A DNA stretch of 64,000 bases from Eledone cirrhosa (Eukaryota). Under the pieces are notes generated by a model that saw nothing but the letters and a program-made list of their open reading frames with translations, was not told the DNA's origin and made no database searches. Made by a program: the position numbers and the translations under genes. Shown one piece after another: positions 56,881 through 64,000 of this stretch. The stretch lies in NCBI GenBank assembly GCA_964016885.1, contig OZ024743.1:215512001-215576000 (forward strand). Direction: 5' to 3'. Within the stretch, counting starts at the first letter, position 1, and each line of letters starts with the position of its first letter.

Positions 56881-57535
56881 GATAACTCTACGAATTCGAA
56901 TAAAAGATTTCTTCAATAGATATAGTTAGAAGAATATCCAGTTATTCAACATGACTGGTAGTTGCGGCATTACTGTCGGAGATAGTATTCATCTTAAATT
57001 TTAATGAATAGTCTCCAACACCAAAATATGCGACTGATCGCGTTGACTGAATATGTATGTAAGCATGTATGTATGTACGTATGTATATATGTATGTAGGC
57101 AGAATTCTAGGAGAAGGAAAACTCTGATATAACACCTGCAACCCTGATGGTATCCACTGATGTTGACTTGTTCTTCTTTTGGTTAAGAGAGTGGGACTGT
57201 CTTTGTGCAGTGCCTTTGCTCACTATAAAAGCGTCACGGCACAGGCATTGCTTTATATCTGGAGATCTCTCTGCACTTGTCGTCACATGGTACCATGAGC
57301 CCAGCACTATGTGTCAATAATTGTCACAAGTGTAGTGTTTGTACCAGAGTTTTCAAGTCGCTGGCTGGTCTAAAAAGTCACACTCGTTCAGCGCATCGGT
57401 AGGGGTTCTCCTACATGGATATAAAGTAGTGGCCGTACTCGAAAACGAGTTGGCAGCCACCATGTATGTATGTATGTATGTATATATGTATGTAGGTATG
57501 TATATATGTGTATATATATATGCATGTGTATATAC

Positions 57536-57570
<35 letters not shown>

Positions 57571-59289
57571 TGTATGCATGTGTATGTATATGCGCGGGGA
57601 CATAGAAATAATCGGGCGGGATATCGGATCGCATAGGTAAACCACTGGGTGTGAAGGATACCTTATATTTTGTCAGAGCATTCTTCTAGGAGACGGTAGC
57701 TCAGGAAACTGGGATAACTCCGACATAAAACCTGCGGCTCTGTAGTTACCTATAAGGTTGACCTTTTCCTCTTTTCGGGTTATAGCTACTGTCGCTCAGA
57801 GAGTGGGATTGGCTCAGTGCAATGTCTTTCCTCATTAAAAAGTTTCGTCACGCACGATGGCATTAATTGATAATTATTAATAGTGTTATATCGTGCAATG
57901 GCCAAAATCCATAACGAGGGGGCAGTCATCATATATGTATGTAGATATGCATGCATATAGTATGTATGTACGCATATATCTATGTATACACGTATGTATA
58001 TATGCGTGTATATATGTATATATGCATGTATGTATGTCAGGTCATTCTCGAGCGCTACAGGTAAAACGTAACCCAGTACAACCTGTCCCATGGTTGGATC
58101 ATCAGTGACTAAACTAGCAACCACACAAAGCTTGTTTGGTGAGGAGAGTGATATTTGGACACCGTTCGGGTTGAAATACAACACCCGGCAAACTGCGGAG
58201 GAACTCAGTAGAGTCAACGGCCATCGAAATAGAACTTTTTCTATCACCTGGGGTAAAATGCCCCCAGTTTTTGTCACAACATTTTTCTAATAGAAGGCAA
58301 CTCCAAAAAAAAAGTTGCGGCTTCGGAAGCATATGATGATTTTGACCAGTTCTCATTTTCGGGTACTGTTTTCGATTTTCAGAGAGTAACATTTCCCCAC
58401 TTAAAACAGCTTCAAAGCACAAGCATTGCTTGTTCAGGATCTGTTACATGTTCGTATATCTGGCCGTAGCCATAAAGTGCACCGTTTTCTGTAATCTGTC
58501 AATCGATTGCAATACTCTTAGCAGGGTTTTCAGCCATCATGTATGTGTGCATGCAGAAAGACGCCTAGTGTTTAGAGGTTTGGGCTTTAAATCAGGAGAT
58601 AATGAGTTCGATAATCGGACCGGGTATTGTTCCGTGCCTTTCATAAAGACACATTAGAAATGAATTGCACCGTCCCTGGGGACAAGCTATATCGCACATT
58701 GATTTCCCTTAGACAACATCGGTGACGAGGAGACGGGATCCTGGTATGCATGGGCAAGTGTAAGTTTTTCAGAAACAAGCTAGCGCGTTCTTCTGCCTAG
58801 AAGGTGAAATTATGTATACAAATCCCATAGTTATGTATGGAATGTAAAATATTTGACGGTATGTTAAATATTTGAATTTTTTCAGTCCAGCTTTATAAAT
58901 GTGTCGGTCGAAATATGATAATAAATACATCATTGACGTATTTGTGAAATATGTATGAGTATAGATATAAATATGTATATATATTTATATATATATAGGT
59001 TCCGAAGAGATTGCTTTGGTAACAATAGAATCAAGCAGGAGAAAGATCTCAACATTTGTAGTGTGTAGTTAGGATGGAGATTCAGTATAATAATAACATT
59101 AAGAAAGATGTTGATGTTACATAAATCATTTATTCGTTATAATTATTTGAACGGTCCTCCCATGCGTTTGCTTTTATCGGAACGGTATCCTGCCGCCGGC
59201 AGGAAAAAACATGTCGTTCTGCTTGTCCGCGTGGGACACATATGAGTTCCTGAAAGGGTCTACCAGCCGTCGTGTTTTCTGGAGTAAGT

Positions 59290-59935
59290 GCTAATTAACA
59301 CTTGGAGCGCCCGATCTCATCTCAGACCCTCCACCTCGAACCCCTCTCCTCCACTCTCCACACATACACACACACCTACACTCATACAGGGACTATACAT
59401 GCACAGATATGAACTCCACCCCAACACACGCACAATGGTTTTCCCAAACCCACATTCACGTACACTCACTTCCTCCCCGGCTCTCACACTTACAACCACA
59501 CATACACACACACACTTACATCTACACATACACACACCTTACCTTCCACCATCCCCACTCGGACACTCATTTTCTTGCTTTCCTTCCTCCTCTCACTCCT
59601 CCACCCAACGCTTACGCACAACCACACCCTTTCCATCCCGGACCCGTACACACTCCCCACCAATTCACCTTCATTTTTTTTTATTCTGTCTTTTATATAT
59701 TCCTTTTCAATTTTGTTTCTATTTATTTTGATTTTCCCTTCCTTTCAAGTTTTTCCTTTTAACTCCCCTCCTCACTCCCTCTCGGAGCTCCTCCCAACTT
59801 CCTGATGAAGGACGTATGTCCGAAAAATCAGAACCTCCCCCATTCTCACAAACCGGGAAAATATTAACAGTATGTAATATTGACTCCTGCTTTTGTTTGT
59901 TTATTTGTTCTTTCGAACTATATATGTATATGTAA
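59290..59935 (+). mobile_element. PLE-type 3' region with hammerhead-like core (59795-59835)
   Basis: Pyrimidine-rich body, then CTGATGA(59802)-a ggac gtat gtcc-GAAA-aatc. Confidence 0.45.
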
Positions 59936-60015
59936 GTTATTCCGGGTTGAATCGGAGGCAACCACAGTAAGTAAGGTACTCAATACATAGCAGAGTGTAA
60001 CAGTTTTAATATAGA

Positions 60016-60245
<230 letters not shown>

Positions 60246-60295
60246 GAGAAAAACGTGCTGCAGGGTTGCTAATGGGTTACATATGAATAAAGTTA

Positions 60296-60393
60296 GTCCT
60301 TCATCAGTGATTTTCCAACCATCATTGGTATTGCATCGCTTTAAAGACCATATACCTCCGGTTGGTGCGAGCAACGGCTAAAAAAAGTCGTTG
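60296..60393 (-). ncRNA. Candidate rearranged hammerhead, copy with GCAA core mutation
   Basis: The minus strand has a perfect CCAACC/GGTTGG helix and the kink-turn, but GAAA is changed to GCAA and stem I has a mismatch. Confidence 0.5.
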
Positions 60394-60982
60394 GGACACG
60401 TATATAAAGGGAACACGAGTGTAAACAAACAAAATGGTGAAGCAACGAAAAGTGAGGAAGAAGGAGTCAAGTCCCAAATTTCTATGAATTTAAATTCGGT
60501 GAAATCGTGAACGAGAGAGAATAAAGACCATCAAACCTGGTTGGAATGTAAGCAAGGAAGGAATTCCGTACAGGTCTAACGGGAGGAAGAAGGGATCTAG
60601 TCTGTGATTTCGGTGAACGTAAGTTCTGTGAAATCGTAGACGAGAGAGAGAAAAAAAGCGACCTGCCAGACCAAGGGTGCGAAAGAAAAGAATTACGCAC
60701 AGGTCAAACGGGAAGAAGGAGGAGGAGGAGAGGTAGTAACAGAGAATGAGTGAGTGAAGGGTGAGGAAGAGGTTAACAGAGAGATTGACTGCTAGAGAGG
60801 GTAAAGATACAGAGAAAGAGGAAGCAGTAAGAACGAAATAGACGTCTAACAGCGGGGAAAAAAATATGTGTAAATATGAGAAAAACGTGCTGCAGGGTTG
60901 CTAATGGGTTACATATGAATAAAGTTAGTCCTTCTTCACCATTTTGTTTGTTTACACTCGTGTTCCCTTTTTTTACGTGTCC

Positions 60983-61080
60983 CAACGACTTTTTTTAGCC
61001 GTTGCTCGCACCAACTGGAGGTATATGGTCTTTAAAGCGATGAAATACCAATGATGGCTGGAAGATCACTGATGAAGGAC
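60983..61080 (+). ncRNA. Candidate rearranged (pseudoknotted, kink-turn) hammerhead ribozyme
   Basis: GGTAT-A|TGGTCTT..GCGA-T-GAAA-TACC-AAT-GA-T-GGCTGG-AAGATCA-CTGATGA(61069)-A. Confidence 0.6.
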
Positions 61081-61088
61081 TAACTTTA

Positions 61089-61161
<73 letters not shown>

Positions 61162-62233
61162 TTAATCTATGAGAGAATAAGAAACACAAGATAAGTTATT
61201 AAAATATCCCATTGTCTTACGATCACTTACAGTAACATCAATTCCTGTTCACCCTGATAGGTTTGCTCTCTGAAAAGATAATGAACAATAGATTAATTAA
61301 CTACCCAGCTTAGGTTTTCTTATTCTTTCATTATTTTGCATTATATATCTGACTCGGTAGTTTTGAATACTGAATACGATGATATTATCCCCCCCCCCAA
61401 AAAAAAAAAACGATAGCACTTGGCCTCTACGGAATAATCCCCAACACACTTACACTCCATTTTAGAAATGTGTATTGTGTTGTTGTCAATATTCAATCGA
61501 AGCGGAATGATATCATTTTCATGTTAGGTCATTTATATGTAATGCAAACTTAAGAAATAAGTAACAATCACTCTCATGGTATGTAACCAAATATAGGCAT
61601 ATATGTATCCATACAAATATAGTTTCATTGTATGCGTTATAAACGTATTTCATGTTTGTTTTAATGGACTTCATGAATTCTTCTATAATTCTTCTTATAA
61701 ATCTTTAGCTTGTTATATTTGCACTATAGTTGATTACTACGAAAAAAGTATTTACGATATTTCAAACAATTTTGTAAGCTTCAACAGAGAGAATTACCGT
61801 AATTTTTTCTATTGGTCTGACTGGTGAATACTGTCTGAACGTTGTTATTACCATATTGTTTAAACTGCTTCCCTTAGGCATCATGTCTTGACTAAGTATT
61901 GCTGTGTATGTGTGAGCAGGTGTAATTATGCGTGTTATCACTGTTAGGATGTGTATATTGATAAAGAATGTATTGACGTATTTATTAAATATTATTTATT
62001 TGTGCCAATAGTAGAAACAATTATTTATTAAGTCCCATTGATATATTCTAGCAATCAATGACTGTGTACGTGTATGTACACCTGATTGTGTATTGTGTGT
62101 GTTTGTCAGCGCCTATTACCTTTTTGTATGTGAGTTTCGACGTGTGTATGCAAATAAACATATACAGAAAGGGAGAGTCATATTTAGAGAGAGAATGTGT
62201 GTTTGATTGTGAGCATGCGCCCGCGCGCGCGCG

Positions 62234-62274
<41 letters not shown>

Positions 62275-62929
62275 CTGTGTCAGAGCGATGTAAATAAGAA
62301 TAAATGAGTGAATGTAGATGGTTATTGAATTTGTGAATAGATCAAACGCACTGGTCGATGTGTTTACTTGAAATATTAGAGCTAAAGGGGAGTTTATGGA
62401 AAATATCTTAAGATACAAGGGGACGGTACTTGTTAGAATAATTTGTTTACATATCATTGAAGTAAATCAAAGCAAAGAATCTGCGCAGAGAGCCACGGGA
62501 TAAACTATAGGTGATGAAATATTTATTCTCTGTGATAAATAGATATGTGAGATGAAATCTGAAGGTTTTGACTGAAAGTACGTTTATCTGATAAGTATCC
62601 CCGTGATTTGGTATAATGTAGTCACTGAACTAGTTAATTTAAGCTGCTTTCTTACAAGTATGTACTCTCTTCAAAACGTATCCACAAAAACATTCATAAA
62701 TGTTCATAATAATATTAGACAGTGTAAACTCAGGGGAGGTGATCATTATTATATTCGTACAAAGCTTCCTTATATTGAAACTAATTAATAATCTACATTC
62801 ATAACGATTACGACCAATCAGGAATAGTCGTTAATCTTATATAGAGATGAAGAACCTTTATATTTCTAGCAATTATCACATCCAGATGGAGGTGAATGTT
62901 AGTCAGCACAAAGCAAGATCGATATTATA

Positions 62930-63575
62930 AATCTAGATAAACAAACTACATGAGGAAGTGATCTTCAACTTGCACTCGATAGGTTTCATGCGGAGTGCTG
63001 GATGGTTGGAATGAAAATCAGCGCTGCGAAAACTGAGACACTCGTCCTCTCCAGGAAGCTCGCGCAATGCACTCTAATGTACAGGGAGCTCCACTGAAGC
63101 AGACAGAGAGGTTCAAGTATCTCGGGTACGTGTTTACGAGTGATGTAATGTAGGAGGCCGAATTAAGTGCAAGAATTTGAGATGGTGTATTAATGTACAT
63201 AATAATCAGAAGAAGGTAGGTAAGCGTAAAAGCAAAACGCACTCCATGGAAGGGGCTTTAGAGTAACTTTAATAGAGTGTGTAGAACGAAGATCATAGAG
63301 TCACTCCAGGTAGAACTGCTACTTCTCCGCATCGGTGCTATGGGCATATTGTTAGAATATCTTAGTGAGGTCCTCTGACAGATATTACGTTACGGGCAAA
63401 TCCAAGCGGCAGGAGACTCAGGGATAAACCCAGAGGAAGAGGGTTGGAAAAAATCCATGAGCTTGGCTGCTCTTGCATGGGGATCCAGCCGGAACACATG
63501 CAGACGGTTGCTTCTGACAAAAGCTGCTGGAAATAGTGTTTGAGGATTCTGCACCCACGACCTTTCTGTACATGA
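62930..63575 (+). mobile_element. RTE-clade LINE 3' fragment, decayed
   Basis: DLQLALDRFHAEC..VGMKISAAKTETLVLS, ERFKYLGYVFTSD, and a downstream GKPRGR-like motif. Confidence 0.75.
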
Positions 63576-64000
63576 CTGTAAAAGATTTAACCAGCATATT
63601 TAGACACGATTACCAGGAGGATAGACTCTAACACTTTTAGAAAAATGAATATTTTACAAAAGAATCAATCTTTTCAATGCAAATTCATTCTATTTAGTGG
63701 TGGTATTTTCAGGTTCTATGCACCAAATAGGATAGAAATATTTTAATTATTGATTTAGAGTGTGAATGGTGTCGCTGCGTAATTTTTTTCTCAAAACTCA
63801 ACGATATTCTTGCACTAACCCAAGTACAATATCATACATTATTTAGTGGTCCTTTCATCACTAAACATATGTGTTGGTGAAGGTTATGCTTCAGAGAATA
63901 GAAAACAAGAACGTGAGCGCTTTCACACAAACAGCATACACACATACCACCACCCTTACACATGCAAACGCACACAAGCATATAGATTGATATATATATC

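Overview
AT-rich, microsatellite-dense eukaryotic DNA with no host exon I can support. The repeat content suggests a cephalopod/octopus genome (inference). The window consists mostly of decayed retroelements: RTE LINEs, a CRE-type and an R4/Dong-type restriction-like-endonuclease element, several Penelope-like elements (PLEs) sitting in (TA)n with inverted terminal copies, tRNA-derived SINEs, a pogo/mariner MITE and a probable non-autonomous Helitron. Read as RNA, it holds many hammerhead ribozyme (HHR) motifs. These include a 6 x ~500 bp retrozyme-like tandem array with one minimal type I HHR per unit (6433-9465) and U3-A8 core variants. The most notable observation is a covarying motif shared by three diverged non-coding elements of about 0.5-0.85 kb (25.8 kb, 31.4 kb, 60.3/61.0 kb). 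In it the three hammerhead junction strands occur in a non-canonical, pseudoknotted order and stem III is extended by a kink-turn. One element copy starts exactly at the predicted cleavage site. All structures were folded by eye and none has been tested.
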